Assembly: GCF_006345805.1 (NCBI RefSeq) | Contig: NC_043023.1 | Location: forward strand, 20,212,001-20,276,000 | Origin: Octopus sinensis | Taxonomy: Eukaryota | DNA: 64,000 nucleotides | Reading direction: 5' to 3' | In this document: positions 11,163-22,907 of the stretch, one piece after another | Layout of the letters: every line of letters begins with the position of its first letter | How positions within the stretch are numbered: the stretch's first letter is position 1 | Notes under the pieces: model-generated | What the model saw: the letters and a program-made list of their open reading frames with translations, nothing else | Databases searched by the model: none | What the model was told of the DNA's origin: nothing | Made by a program: the position numbers and the translations under genes

Positions 11163-11767
11163 AGAGGGTGCAACAAATAAATTGTCTAAATTGCGCAAAA
11201 CTGAAAATAATAATAATGAAGGGTGTTGCAGTGTGGGGAGTAAGGTGACCTGATGTTAGGGGTTATGTGGTCACAGAAATCGCCTGACAGCCATGACTGG
11301 GTTCTCCTGCTTGTGTGGTATGGTGCAGAGACCTTTTGCCAGACATAGGGTCTTCTAGCAGCTACCCTCTTGAACCAGGGTAGCACTACCTCCTCCAGTC
11401 ACTTGATGTAGGCCTCTGTTTTGATTCTGAGGCCATGCAGGAAGATGAATCGAGGCATGATGTTGCCATCACTAGCGATCACCCCAAACACCATGATGTG
11501 GACAGGGTGTTTGATTTGTATCCCTCTCGGTACATGTTCATGCTGGAGCTTTAATGAGCTTTGTACTGGAGCTTCTGGTGTGAATGCCAAGCAGTGGAGC
11601 ATGTCATTTCCAAATTTCTGGAAGAGTGATTTGTGTCATGGTGCTGGTTTTCTCACAGACAGTGCCCAACTGACCCTACTCTACTGTGTAGTCAATAAAA
11701 TCCCAAATAATGTGCATATGTGAAATTAAAAGTATAAAATGGCAACAATTCACCCATTGTACCCTCT
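11163..11767 (-). mobile_element. Internally deleted, inactive Tc1/mariner DNA transposon (transposase remnant)
   Basis: One minus frame gives KHPVHIMVFGVIASDG...EAYIK*LEEVVLPWFKRVAARRPYVWQKVSAPYHTSRRTQSWL...SPYSPHCNTLHYY. This matches the mariner QQDxAPxH and SPDLNPxD motifs with the catalytic Asp residues lost. Imperfect TIRs agagggtgcaacaaataaattgtc (11163-11186) and the reverse complement of 11744-11767 match at 17/24 positions. Confidence 0.85.
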
Positions 11768-11972
11768 CTTTTACTCTTTTACTTGTTTCAGTCATTTGAC
11801 TGCGGCCATGCTGGAGCACCGCCTTTAGTCGAGCAAATCGACCCCGGGACTTATTCTTTGTAAGCCCAGTACTTATTCTATCGGTCTCTATTGCCGAACC
11901 ACTAAGTGATGGGGACGTAAACACACCACCATCAGTTGTCAAGCAATGCTAGGGAAACAAACACACACACAT

Positions 11973-12010
<38 letters not shown>

Positions 12011-12178
12011 GTACATATATACGACAGGCTTCTTTTCAGTTTCCGTCTACCAAATCCACTCACAAGGCATTGGTCGGTCCGGGGCTATAGTAGAAGACAC
12101 TTGCCCAAGATGCCACGCAGTGGGACTGAACCCAGAACCATGTGGTTGGTAAGCAAGCTACTTACCACACAGCCACTC
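11768..12178 (-). mobile_element. SINE family A, full length
   Basis: The reverse complement of tail, microsatellite and head are all present. Confidence 0.9.
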
Positions 12179-12244
12179 CACATAATCATATCAAAGGGAA
12201 ATAGAATTTAATTAAAATTAAAAACATTCAGCTTCTGGGGCATA

Positions 12245-12488
12245 TGTGTTCCCCCCAGCTGTATGGGACGCCAGCCCATCGCAGCGTTACTCAAGAAACA
12301 GGAAGAGAGAATGAGAGAAAGTTGGGGCGAAAGAGTACAACAGGGGTCGCCATCACCCCTTGCCGGAGCCTCATGGAGCCTTTATGTGTTTTTGTTCAAT
12401 AAACACACACAACGCCCAGTCTGGGAATTGAAACCGCGATCCTCCGACTGCGAGTCCGCGGCCCTAACCACTGGGCCATTGTGCCTCC
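12245..12488 (-). mobile_element. SINE family C
   Basis: ccactgggccattgtgcctcc head on the minus strand. The body resembles 855-1147. Confidence 0.8.
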
Positions 12489-13049
12489 ATATATAGCAAA
12501 AGAGGAATTATTTTTTGTATTATTATTCTCCATTACACATGTTTCGTTTCCTAATAGGAGTTTCAGAGTTTTACATATCACATAGACATGTAAGGCAATT
12601 TCTGATTAAAAATTCATCAGAGAGAGAGAGTAAAGAAGCAATCATACATCATGTGTATGGGGGGGGGGTTTTGTGTGTGTGTGTGTGTTCAATTGTTGGA
12701 AGTGAACCTGGATTAAGTACGTCCTTGGGCCTGGATTACCTCATACAAATAAGCATTTTTAAGACTGCACTGACTTGTAACTCAAGATGGGTATTGAACA
12801 GTTTTGTCCCTGGGGGCACCGACAGAATGGGGAAGCGATTTATATAACCTTGGATTCTATTAGCAAAATACCACACACACAAACACAAATAACAAAAGCA
12901 TTAGATATGTATTTACACACACACAGATGGTTTTTGGTAAGCAGTGTTGATTTTTACAATTCTATAAATAATAAGAATAATGTTTTATAAGCTTAGCGCT
13001 TCTAAGTGATAACCATACAATGACCAAAGAAAATAATCTAATAATCATC

Positions 13050-13292
13050 AGCATCATCATCATCATTTAATGACTGCTCTCCATGCTGGCATGGGTTGGA
13101 CGGTTTGACTGAGGACTGGCGAACCAGATGGCTGCACCAGGCTCCAATCTTGATCTGGCAGAGTTTCTACAGCTGGATGCCTTTCCTAACGCCAACCACT
13201 CCCAGAGTGTAGTGGGTGCTTTTAAAGTGCCACCGGCACGAAGGCCAGTCGGGCGGTACTGGCAACGGCCACGCTCAAATGGTGTTTTTTAC
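13050..13292 (-). mobile_element. RTE 3' tail
   Basis: (ATC)n...ccatgctggcatgggttggacgg...gtttctacagctggatgcc. Confidence 0.75.
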
Positions 13293-13496
13293 GTGACCTG
13301 AGACTATAGCAGAAGACACTTGCCCAAGGTGCCACGCAGAGGGACTGAACCCAGAACCATATGGTTGGGAAGTAAGCTTCTTACCACACAGCCATACCTG
13401 TTCAGCACACATATGGCATTTTGCATATTCATTTTTGTGTCTGTTTTTCCATCCTAGCAGGGCTACATGAATGCATATATACATACATATACACAA

Positions 13497-13529
<33 letters not shown>

Positions 13530-13584
13530 CATACATATATGCAAACACACACACATATATATATATATACATACATATATGCAA

Positions 13585-13639
<55 letters not shown>

Positions 13640-13659
13640 CATACATATATGCAAACACA

Positions 13660-13720
<61 letters not shown>

Positions 13721-13722
13721 AA

Positions 13723-13950
13723 AAAATACAAACTGGGACAAGAACGCAAAACATTTAGAAGACGACACAAAAAACACGGACGGGACATTCGAAGCCTTCA
13801 ATCTTCCGTCAAGAACCGGATCATCCTCGCACAGCCGAAATTGTGAGAATGATCCGGTTCTTGACTGAAGATTGAAGGCTTCGAATGTCCCGTCCGTGTT
13901 TTTTGTGTCGTCTTCTAAATGTTTTGCATTCTTGTCCCAGTTTCTATTTT
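13723..13950. repeat. Long near-perfect inverted repeat (~105-bp arms, ~10-nt loop)
   Basis: aaactgggacaagaacgcaaaacatttagaagacgacac...ggatcatcctc pairs with gaatgatcc...gtgtcgtcttctaaatgttttgcattcttgtcccagttt, with about 5 mismatches. It is flanked by (TA)n. Confidence 0.95.
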
Positions 13951-14005
13951 CTTATATATATATAGCAGCGTATGTACCCTCTGTTATATGTAAGTATATA
14001 TATAT

Positions 14006-14179
14006 AGGCGCCGGAGTGGATGTGTGGTAAGTAGCTTACTTACCAACCACATGGTTCCGGGTTCAGTCCCACTGCGTGGCATCTTGGCCAAGTGTCTTCT
14101 GCTATAGCCTCGGGCCGACCAAAGCCTTGTGAGTGGATGTTGTAGACGGAAACTGAAAGAAGCCTGTCGGATTTATGTA

Positions 14180-14221
<42 letters not shown>

Positions 14222-14445
14222 TGTGTGTGTGTGTGTGTTTGTGTGTCTGTGTTTGTCCCCCTAGCATTGCTTGACAACCGATGCTGGTGTGTTTACGTCC
14301 CCGTCACTTAGCGGTTCGGCAAAAAGAGACCGATAGAATAAGTACTGGGCTTACAAAGAATAAGTCCCGGGGTCGAGTTGCTTGATTAAAGGTGGTGCTC
14401 CAGCATGGCTGCAGTCAAATGACTGAAACAAGTAAAAGAGATAAA
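14006..14445 (+). mobile_element. SINE family A, full length
   Basis: ggcgccggagtggatgtgtggtaag head through gactgaaacaagtaaaagag tail. Confidence 0.9.
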
Positions 14446-14879
14446 AGAGAAAGATATATATATATATAAATGTACACAAACAGATGTGTGCATGAATCAA
14501 ATTCTATAAACACACACACAAGCCTGCATGCACAAAAAAACATCCCCAGAGAGGGAGAAGGAGAAAAGGGGGGGGGGCAGAGACAGACAAATCAGGTGAT
14601 CTGTGACAAGTGCTGCCATCTGTCGGCACAGGAACAGAGCAACAAAGAGAGAGGAGCTGCACGACCGGGCCGAGTACAGATTCAAGTTTGCTACCTGAAT
14701 AGAAGTATCACCTGGGATGGGACGCTGGGGGGGGGGATGGCTTGCAGCGGGGTTTGTGTGTGAGTGTGTGCGGGGAGGGGTAGTTAGTTAATAATAATAC
14801 TGAACATAGTTTGTGGGGTGTGTGTCTGCAAAGGCCCACCCCACTCACCATTCCCATTTTTCTTCCATAGCATCTGTGG

Positions 14880-15644
14880 TGCATGTGTGTGTGTGTATAT
14901 ATATATAATATATATAATATATATATTATATGTTTATGTAAATGTATATATATATATGTGTGTGTATATATATATAAATGTATATATATATATTATATAT
15001 TTATATATGTGTGTGTGTATCTATATACATGTGTGTATCTATCTATATATGTAAGTACATATCTATATATACATTATATATATATATATTATATATATAT
15101 GCATCCATGTATGCATGTGTGTGTGTGTGTATATATATATGTGTGTGTATGTGTGTGCGTGTATATATCTATCTACATATATGTATGTATCTATATATTA
15201 TATATATGTATGTATATGTATATATATATGTATATATACATATATATATATATTAGTATATATATATATATATATATTATATGTATGTATATATGTATGT
15301 ATGCATGTATGTATATATATATATATAGCATATCTATCTAGCTATCAATCTATCCATATTTATGTGTGTGTATGCATATCTATCTATATATATATATATC
15401 ATCATCATCATCACGGACGTTAAACGATGATGATGATGATATATATATATTATATATATACACACACATATCTATATACGTATCTCTCTCTTTATATATA
15501 TATATATTATATATAATATATATATGTTTGTATGTATTTATCTATACATAGATATGTGTATGTAGTTACATATATAAACAGATACACACCATCCATTATG
15601 GCTGATGAAAAATACCTCAAATAGCATTGTGTATTGTGTGTGTG

Positions 15645-15716
<72 letters not shown>

Positions 15717-15740
15717 CACATATATATGATGCATGCAACG
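14880..15740. repeat. (TA)/(TG) microsatellite field
   Basis: Nearly pure alternating purine-pyrimidine runs. Similar fields lie at ~19800-20250, 22500-23100, 23330-23800, 27780-28150 and 60040-60320. Confidence 0.95.
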
Positions 15741-16117
15741 CCTATACCTCCACCCATACACACATGTAGTCAGCTGTGCATTTCTCCCTGCATTAATATA
15801 TTTAACACTAACCGAATCTGTTTAATCATTTGTTTATTCAGGGGTCTGCAGCCCCTGAACGAATTATTCTCTAGACACTTCTCTCGCTCTTCTCTCCTTC
15901 AGGCAAGGAACCAGTCAAGTTGGTAGAGCATCGAATAAAATACGTTGTGATACTTCTTATGGCCTTTAGTGTCGTGAATTCAAATCCGACCAAGAACAAA
16001 TTTGCCGTTCATCCTACAGATGGTCGATGAAAAGTTCCCACCCTGGGGCAGTGGAACTATAAAATCGAGGGACCAGATGCCTTGTAGTATTTGTTTCCAT
16101 TTCCTTGTCTCCCAGTT

Positions 16118-16217
16118 NNNNNNNNNNNNNNNNNNNNNNNNNNNNNNNNNNNNNNNNNNNNNNNNNNNNNNNNNNNNNNNNNNNNNNNNNNNNNNNNNNN
16201 NNNNNNNNNNNNNNNNN
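16118..16217. other. Assembly gap (100 N)
   Basis: Run of exactly 100 n, the usual placeholder for a gap of unknown size. Confidence 0.99.
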
Positions 16218-16893
16218 TTAGTTGTGTTTAGCCCCAGGTCAGTCCGATCCAGACAGACCTATGATCAAAGACGTTCCAGCTGGACCATCCCATCTTATAT
16301 TCAGGCATAGTGTACCTAGGACTACTTATCTAATGTATAGTATAGTGGTTAGTATTAGTGGCTATAGTTCTGGTTTAACCCCAAGTCAGTCCTGATCCAG
16401 GCAGACCTATGATCAGAGATTTTCCAGCTGTGACCATTCCTGTCTTTTATTCAGGCATAGTGTACTCTACGGCAACACCCTACATTATCTAATGTTATAG
16501 TATAGTGTTAGTATTGAGTGGCTATAGTTCTGGTTTAGACCCCAAGTCATCCTGTACCACAGACAGACCTATGATCAAGATTTTCCAGCTGTGACCATCC
16601 TGTCTTTTATTCAGGCATAGTGTACCTAGGACTACATTATCTAATGTATAGTATAGTGGTTAGTATTAGTGGCTATAGTTCTGGTTTAACCCCAAGTCAG
16701 TCCTGATCCAGGCAGACCTATGATCAGAGATTTTCCAGCTGTGACCATTCCTGTCTTTTATTCAGGCATAGTGTACCTAGGACTACATTATCTAATGTAT
16801 AGTAGAGTGGTTAGTATTAGTGGCTATAGTTGTTGTTGTTGTTTAGCCCCAGGTCAGTCCTGATCCAGCAGACAGACCTATGATCAAAGACAT
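16218..16893. repeat. Tandem array of a ~150-bp unit (~4.5 copies) abutting the gap
   Basis: gacctatgatca recurs at about 16256, 16404, 16566, 16716 and 16876. Confidence 0.92.
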
Positions 16894-16894
16894 T

Positions 16895-17130
16895 TCAGAT
16901 TCCAAGAAAATTCTTCACTGGAATTGTTGCTTCGGTAATTGTGTCTGGCGGCAAAGAGAGCCGAGTCTGACATTTGCTGTTGTTTCTAAATAGGTCAGCA
17001 TGGCTGCTGCCATAGCATTCTTGTGTTTGGTTGTCTTCCTGGAATCATAACATTACATCCTACAATGCCGTAGTAGCATAGAGAACAAAGGTAGCACCAG
17101 ATCAACTTGAAGAAGGGAATTCTGTCAGAG
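16895..17130 (-). mobile_element. Possible degenerate LINE ORF2 C-terminal remnant (L1/Tx1-like)
   Basis: A minus frame gives LQVDLVLPLFSMLLRHCRM*CYDSRKTTKHKNAMAAAMLTYLETTANVRLGSLCRQTQLPKQQFQ*. It looks protein-like with scattered stops; the family assignment is weak. Confidence 0.3.
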
Positions 17131-17240
17131 ATTGGTGTCTTATCCAGGAGAGATTTACACCTCATCTCTTTTTCTTCAACTGTTTTGTTACCATATTGCT
17201 CTTGAAAAACACAAAATAACGAGGAATTAAACCATTTGTT

Positions 17241-17714
17241 ACTCTTTTACTCTTTTACTTGTTTCAGTCATTTGACTGTGGCCATGCTGGAGCACCGCCT
17301 TTAGTCTTTACTCTTTTACTTGTTTCAGTCATTTGACTGCGGCCATGCTGGAGCACCGCCTTTAGTCGAGCAAATCGACCCCGGCACTTATTCTTTGTAA
17401 GCCCAGTACTTATTCTATCGGTCCCTTTTTGCCGAACCGCTAAGTGACGGGGACATATACACACCAACATCTGGTTGTCAAGCACGCTAGGGGGACAAAC
17501 ACAGACACACAAAACACACAAACATACACACACACCCCATATATCACATATACGACAGGCTTCTTTCAGTTTCCGTCTACCAAATCCACTCACAAGGCAT
17601 TGGTCGGCCAGGGCTATAGTAGAAGACACTTGCCCAGGTGCCACGCAGTGGGACTGGAACCCGGAACCATGTGGTTGGTTAGCAAGCTACTTACCACACA
17701 GCCACTCCTGCACC
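17241..17714 (-). mobile_element. SINE family A with a duplicated 3' end
   Basis: The tail block cttttactcttttacttgtttcag...gcaccgcctttagtc occurs twice in tandem (~17243-17306 and ~17305-17368). Confidence 0.9.
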
Positions 17715-18091
17715 TACCGTATTTCTGTTGAGATGTTCTGTGTTTCTTTCAATTAATTAACTTAGTCACAATTTTTGTCTTCCTAACACTAGCTTATTGA
17801 TAACTAAGGTTTGGTGGAAGATTTTAATTGAGGACTTTTGAAAACAAGACATTTGTACTACAGAGCCAGAAGTGTTTTCAACTGGGTTGGTATCAAAAGG
17901 GTTAATCCAATTAAGTTAGTCGTTATTAATTTGGTGTTTGGAACATAAATTAAGATGGAATTTTTTTCAAAGAAGGTTTATATTTAGATCACTTTAATTC
18001 TCTCGTTACTCTATTTCTGCTGCATTTGACGGAATTTGTTGAATTTAGTTTTGAAAATAACGAAGAATTTACTAAACTAATTTTATCGTTA

Positions 18092-19103
18092 ACTAGCAGT
18101 TATAGCCCAGCCTTACTCGGGCTTGTTTTCTTTTCAACCCTTTAGAATTGGAATTTTTGAAAAGTAAAAATCTTGCGTTATGTAGCTTGTTATTCTCTTT
18201 AAGTGAACATTTTTCTGGTTGAAATACACCGAAAAATGGCGACACAGCAGTCAAAATATCGTAAAAAATAGGGATTTTCATAGAAAAAAACAGCACCTTT
18301 TTGATGTACAGAATTTTTTGTGTTAACATGATCTGATTTGAATTTTATCTTCTACGGAAGGAAGAGCAACCCTTCTTCCATCATACTCTCAATTTTGGTC
18401 AACTTGCGTTGCAGGGTCTCTGAGGAGATAGTGTTAGTTGAAGGCAACCAAACCTGCCATACATAGTAAAAAATAGGGGTTTTTCATAGAAAAAAAGCAC
18501 CTTTTTGATGTAAATAACTTTTGGTCTTACATGGTCCAATTTGAATTTTATCTTTTACGGAAGGAAGAGCAAGCCTTCTTCTATCATACTCTCCATTTGG
18601 TCAACTTGTGCCAGGGTCTCGGAGAAGAAGTGTTAGTTGAAGGCTCTACCAAACCTGCCATACGTCTTAAAAAATAGGGGTTTTTCATAGAAAAAAAGCA
18701 CTTTTTGATGTAAATAACTTTGGTGTTACAGATCTGATTTGAATTTTATCTTTTACGGAATGAAGAGCAAGCCTTCTTCTATCATACTCTCAACAATTTT
18801 GGTCAACTTGCGCCGCAGGGTTTCGGAGGAGATAGTGTTAGTTGAAGGCTACCCAAACTGCCATCGTCTTAAAAAATAGGGGTTTTTCATAGAAAAAAAG
18901 CACCTTTTTGATGTAAATAACTTTTGGTGTTAACATGATCTGATTTGAATTTTATCTTTTACGGAATGAAGAGCAAGCCTTCTTCTATCATACTCTCAAT
19001 TTTGGTCAACTTGCGCCGCAGGGTTTCGGAGGAGATAGTGTTAGTTGAAGGCTACCAAACCTGCCATACACAGCACAACTTCAGCTTTATTATATATAGA
19101 GAT
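18092..19103 (+). mobile_element. Helitron/Helentron-like non-autonomous element with an internal 4 x ~203-bp tandem array
   Basis: Starts ACTAGcagttatagCCCAgccttactCGGG, like the reverse complement of 1-57, and ends tatatatagagat. The unit start aaaaataggg recurs at about 18263, 18469, 18670 and 18871. Confidence 0.65.
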
Positions 19104-20579
19104 AAAGGTAGATGTTTTGAATCTAAATTTTGATGGAAGAACATCTTAATTTAAATCACTCTGACCCCTTTTGTTACCATATTTTTGGTTGGAATGCAAC
19201 GCCTTTGTTTCAGTTAATATTGTAAAATAACGAATAATTTAGTTAAATAATTTCGTTGTTAATTAATCTAATGTTTGGATCATAAATTAGCTGGAAATTT
19301 TGCTGGAAGAACATTTTAATGTAGATTCTTTTAAATTTCAAAGGTTGTATCATAAACCCAGGGGTCAGTCTCAGTTGATACAAAAGGGGTTAATATCTGG
19401 CAAAGTTTGGTTGGCCCCGAGTCTATAGTAGAAAAAAATTGGCCAAGTGCCACACAAAGGAACTGAACTCGGAAACCTGTGGTTGGGAAGCAGGCTTCTT
19501 ACCACACAGCCACACCTGCACGTATACACACAAACACGTGGTGATTGTGTGTGTGTGAGTTTGTATTCCCACATTGTTTGACAACCGGTGTTGGTTTATT
19601 TACATCCCCATAGCTCAGCGATTTGACAAACGCGACTGAGAGAATAAGTACCGTACTTTTAAAAAGCTTGGGTCCTAGGGTCAAGGGGTCCAACTGAAAC
19701 CTTTCGAGGCAGTTGCCCCAGCATGGCCACAGTCTAACGAGCGAAACAAAAGATAAAAGTGACATACACATACATGATCTGCAACAGAGCATAAAATATG
19801 TATGGGTGGAGGTGTGTATATACATGTATGTATATATGTATGTATATATATGTATGTATGTATATATGTATGTATATATATATATGTATATATATTTAGG
19901 TTCACCAACAGAGCATGTAAATTGTGTGTGCACATGCGTATGTGTGTGTGTGTGTAATATATATGTATGTATGTATGTATGTGTGTATATATATATGTAT
20001 GTGTGTATATATATATGTATGTATGTGTGTGTATATATATATGTATGTATGTGTGTGTATATATATATGTATGTATGTGTGTATATATATATATATATGT
20101 ATGTATGTGTATATATATATATATGTATATGTATGTATGTATGTGTATATGTATATATATATATATTTATATATATATATACTATATATGTATGTATGTA
20201 TGTGTGTATATATCTGTATATATATATGTATGTATGTATATCCAGTTTATAGAAGTATACACACATCGCTTCTCTAATATAAAGTGGTTTACACTTCCCA
20301 AAATTTACATGTGTACAAAGGCACACACACACACACAGACATGTGAACCCACCCATGCCCTCCCACACTATAACTTACAATACTGTTCATTAACATCACA
20401 ATTGTACAATAAACACTTTACTTCCTCCTCCACATTCCTTCCTTCCTTCCTTCCTTCCGACAACACCATATGTACACACACACATACACACACACATTTG
20501 CTTGTCCATATGTGTGTGTGTGTGTCTGTTTGAATCCATTTCCTTCCCTATAGCCCTTCCTACATACATATAGTCTTTT

Positions 20580-20945
20580 GTCTGGCTTTCTTGTCTACAA
20601 ACACATACACACACACACTCACACACACACTCTCTCACACACACACACACTCTCTCACACACACACACATTCATTCATACATATTAATCCACAACTTCCT
20701 CATACACACACACACGCACACACACTCACACACTCTCTCACACACACACGCACACACACTCACACACACTCACACACACACACACTCACACACTCACACA
20801 CACACACACATTCATTCATACATATTAACCCACAACTTCCTCATACACACACACTCACACACTCTCACACACACTCACACACACACACACACATTCATTC
20901 ATACATATTAACCCACCACTTCCTCATATACACACACACACACAC
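20580..20945. repeat. (CA)-rich minisatellite with three copies of cattcattcatacatattaa(t/c)ccac
   Basis: The unique core recurs at ~20668, ~20810 and ~20892. Confidence 0.8.
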
Positions 20946-21611
20946 ACACAGATCCATAGGGTCACATACCAACACACATCCTGTATCGCTCTATCTCATG
21001 TATATAAACACAAATAAGCATACACACACACACACACACACGCACACGCACACACACACACATACACCTACACGCTTGCACCTCCCTCCTCCATGGATTG
21101 ATTACACAAAAACACTTCCTAAATTGCTTTACATTACCAAATGCACACATATATACACATATATACACACACAGGAATCGAAACTGCGACCTTGCAGTTG
21201 TGAGTTCAACGCCCTTATCCCTACGCCGTGTGCATTCATTCTTCTGCACGGACATAAAAGTCTAGTTGGATAACCACCTCTCTCCCACGCACACACCTTG
21301 ACATTGTGCAGGTGTGAACATCCATTGATAATTCCACACACACATCCAAGGGCGGAAATGTTACACTATATATATATTCTTTTATTTGTTTCAGTCATTT
21401 GACTGTGGCCATGCTGGAGCACCACCTTTAGTCGAACAAATCGGGTCCAGGACTTTTTTTCTTTGTAAGCCTAGTACTTATTCTGTCAGTCTCTTTTGCC
21501 GAACTGCTAAGTTATATGGATGTAAACACACCAGCCTCGGTTGTCAAGCGATGGTAGAGGGAACAAACATGTACACACACACACACACACATACATACAT
21601 ATATATATATT

Positions 21612-21815
21612 CAAAATGTGACCGTGTGTGTACCGTTGGTGATTTCTTTTCCTTCTCTGGATCTTTCCTTCTCCTATGTTTCCGACGAAGAGCTCCGCTC
21701 GAAACGTCAAACCCTCCTTCTTCCCTTCTTTCCTGAGCGTCCAATAATACTTTATTTGTTCCACGTCCTCGCGTTGTTGTGTTTTTTTGTGCTTTCTTGT
21801 TTGGATTAACTTTAT
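21612..21815 (+). mobile_element. Probable Penelope-like retroelement terminal (pLTR) fragment
   Basis: A pyrimidine-rich stretch containing the ...acgaagagctccgctcgaaacgtc... hammerhead-type motif, followed by ccaataatac and a T-rich end. This layout is typical of PLE termini; the element assignment is inference. Confidence 0.5.
21678..21712 (+). ncRNA. Minimal type-I hammerhead ribozyme motif (dimer-type, U4-to-C variant)
   Basis: GUUU-CCGACGA-A-GAGC-UCC-GCUC-GAAAC-GUC-AAAC: stem I GUUU/AAAC, stem II GAGC/GCUC, core GAAAC, GUC cleavage triplet, palindromic ACGU in place of stem III. Confidence 0.6.
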
Positions 21816-21969
21816 ATATATACATATATATACATACATATATATATATATCTATACTTTATTTAAAGCAGCAGAAAATTCAACAAAACCTGTTACTCTG
21901 AGTTTCACGTTGTATTTGAGTACTCTTTTTTCCACCTTGTTTCACATTTATGTGTTTACTCCGGTATAT

Positions 21970-22147
21970 ATCATCATCATCATTTAGCGTCTGTTCTCCA
22001 TGCTAGCATGGGTTGGACGGTTCAACTGGGGTCTGTGAAGCTGGAAGGCTTCATCAGGCCCAGTCAGCTCTGGCAGTGTTTCTACGGCTGGATGCTCTTC
22101 CTAACGCCAACCACTCCGTGAGTGTAGTGGGTGCTTTTTACGTGCCA
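21970..22147 (-). mobile_element. RTE 3' tail
   Basis: (ATC)n...ccatgctagcatgggttggacgg...gtgctttttacgtgcc. Confidence 0.75.
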
Positions 22148-22873
22148 TACATATATATATATATACACCACACACACACATGATGGGCTTCTTTCAGTTT
22201 CTGTCTATCAAATCCCCTTGCAAGGCTTTGGTCGGCCCGAGGCTATGGTGGAAGACACTTGCCCAAGGTGCCATGCGGTTGGTAAGCGAGCTACTTCCCA
22301 CGCAGCCACGCCTTTCACCTTCACACACGCACACACTTGTATACGCTTCCACATCTCATCATCTCTCATTCATTCGGCTGATGCATGCATAGACCAACTC
22401 CTGCAATTATATAATATCATATTTATTTATATTATATTATATACACACACACACACCCGGCTAGCTTGCTATACACTTGTATATCGAATGTCTTTACCTA
22501 CCGCTCATGTTGGCTTAAAAGGATGTACCCTGCTTTAATCGTGTGTGTATGTGTATATATATGTGTGTGTGTGTGTATGTGTGTGTGTATATATATATGT
22601 GTGTGTGTATATATATATATATGTGTGTGTGTGTAAATATGTATGTGTGTGTGTATATATATATATATATGTATGTGTGTGTATATATATATGTATATGT
22701 ATGTGTGCGTATGTATTTGTGTGTATATATATGTATGTGTGTGTATATATATGTATGTATGTGTGTATATATATATGTGTGTGTGTGTATATATATGTAT
22801 GTGTGTGTGTATATATATGTGTGTGTGTGTATAGATATGTATGTGTGTGTGTATATATATGTATGTGTGTGTG

Positions 22874-22907
<34 letters not shown>

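Larger units (their letters stand above)
17175..19392. mobile_element. AT-rich piggyBac-like MITE segments (ends ...aaagggttaa at ~17907 and ...aaaggggttaa at ~19392) hosting nested SINE A and Helitron-like insertions
   Basis: Repeated ttgttaccatattt...gaaaataacgaagaattt...tttggaacataaattaa blocks ending in AAAGGG-TTAA. The SINE splits ccatttgtt|accgtattt. Confidence 0.5.

Noticed and set aside
12534-12620. Two hammerhead-like relics on the minus strand (CTGAAAC..tcct-att-agga..GAAAC-ATGT-GTA and CTGATGA-att-ttt-aat..GAAATTGCC)
   Set aside because: The first lacks G8/A9, the second lacks U16.1, and stem I does not form. At most they are decayed PLE-type motifs.
13864-13889. Hammerhead-like CTGAAGA...TCGAATGTC in the hairpin arm
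   Set aside because: GAAA is incomplete and there is no stem I pairing.
15602-15626. CTGATGA...CAAATAGC hammerhead-like motif
   Set aside because: G12 is missing and there is no stem II.
16218-16893. HDV-like ribozyme in the 150-bp unit (GGTCA/TGACC stem, ggggCTAA)
   Set aside because: I could not build the P2/P3/P1.1 nested double pseudoknot.
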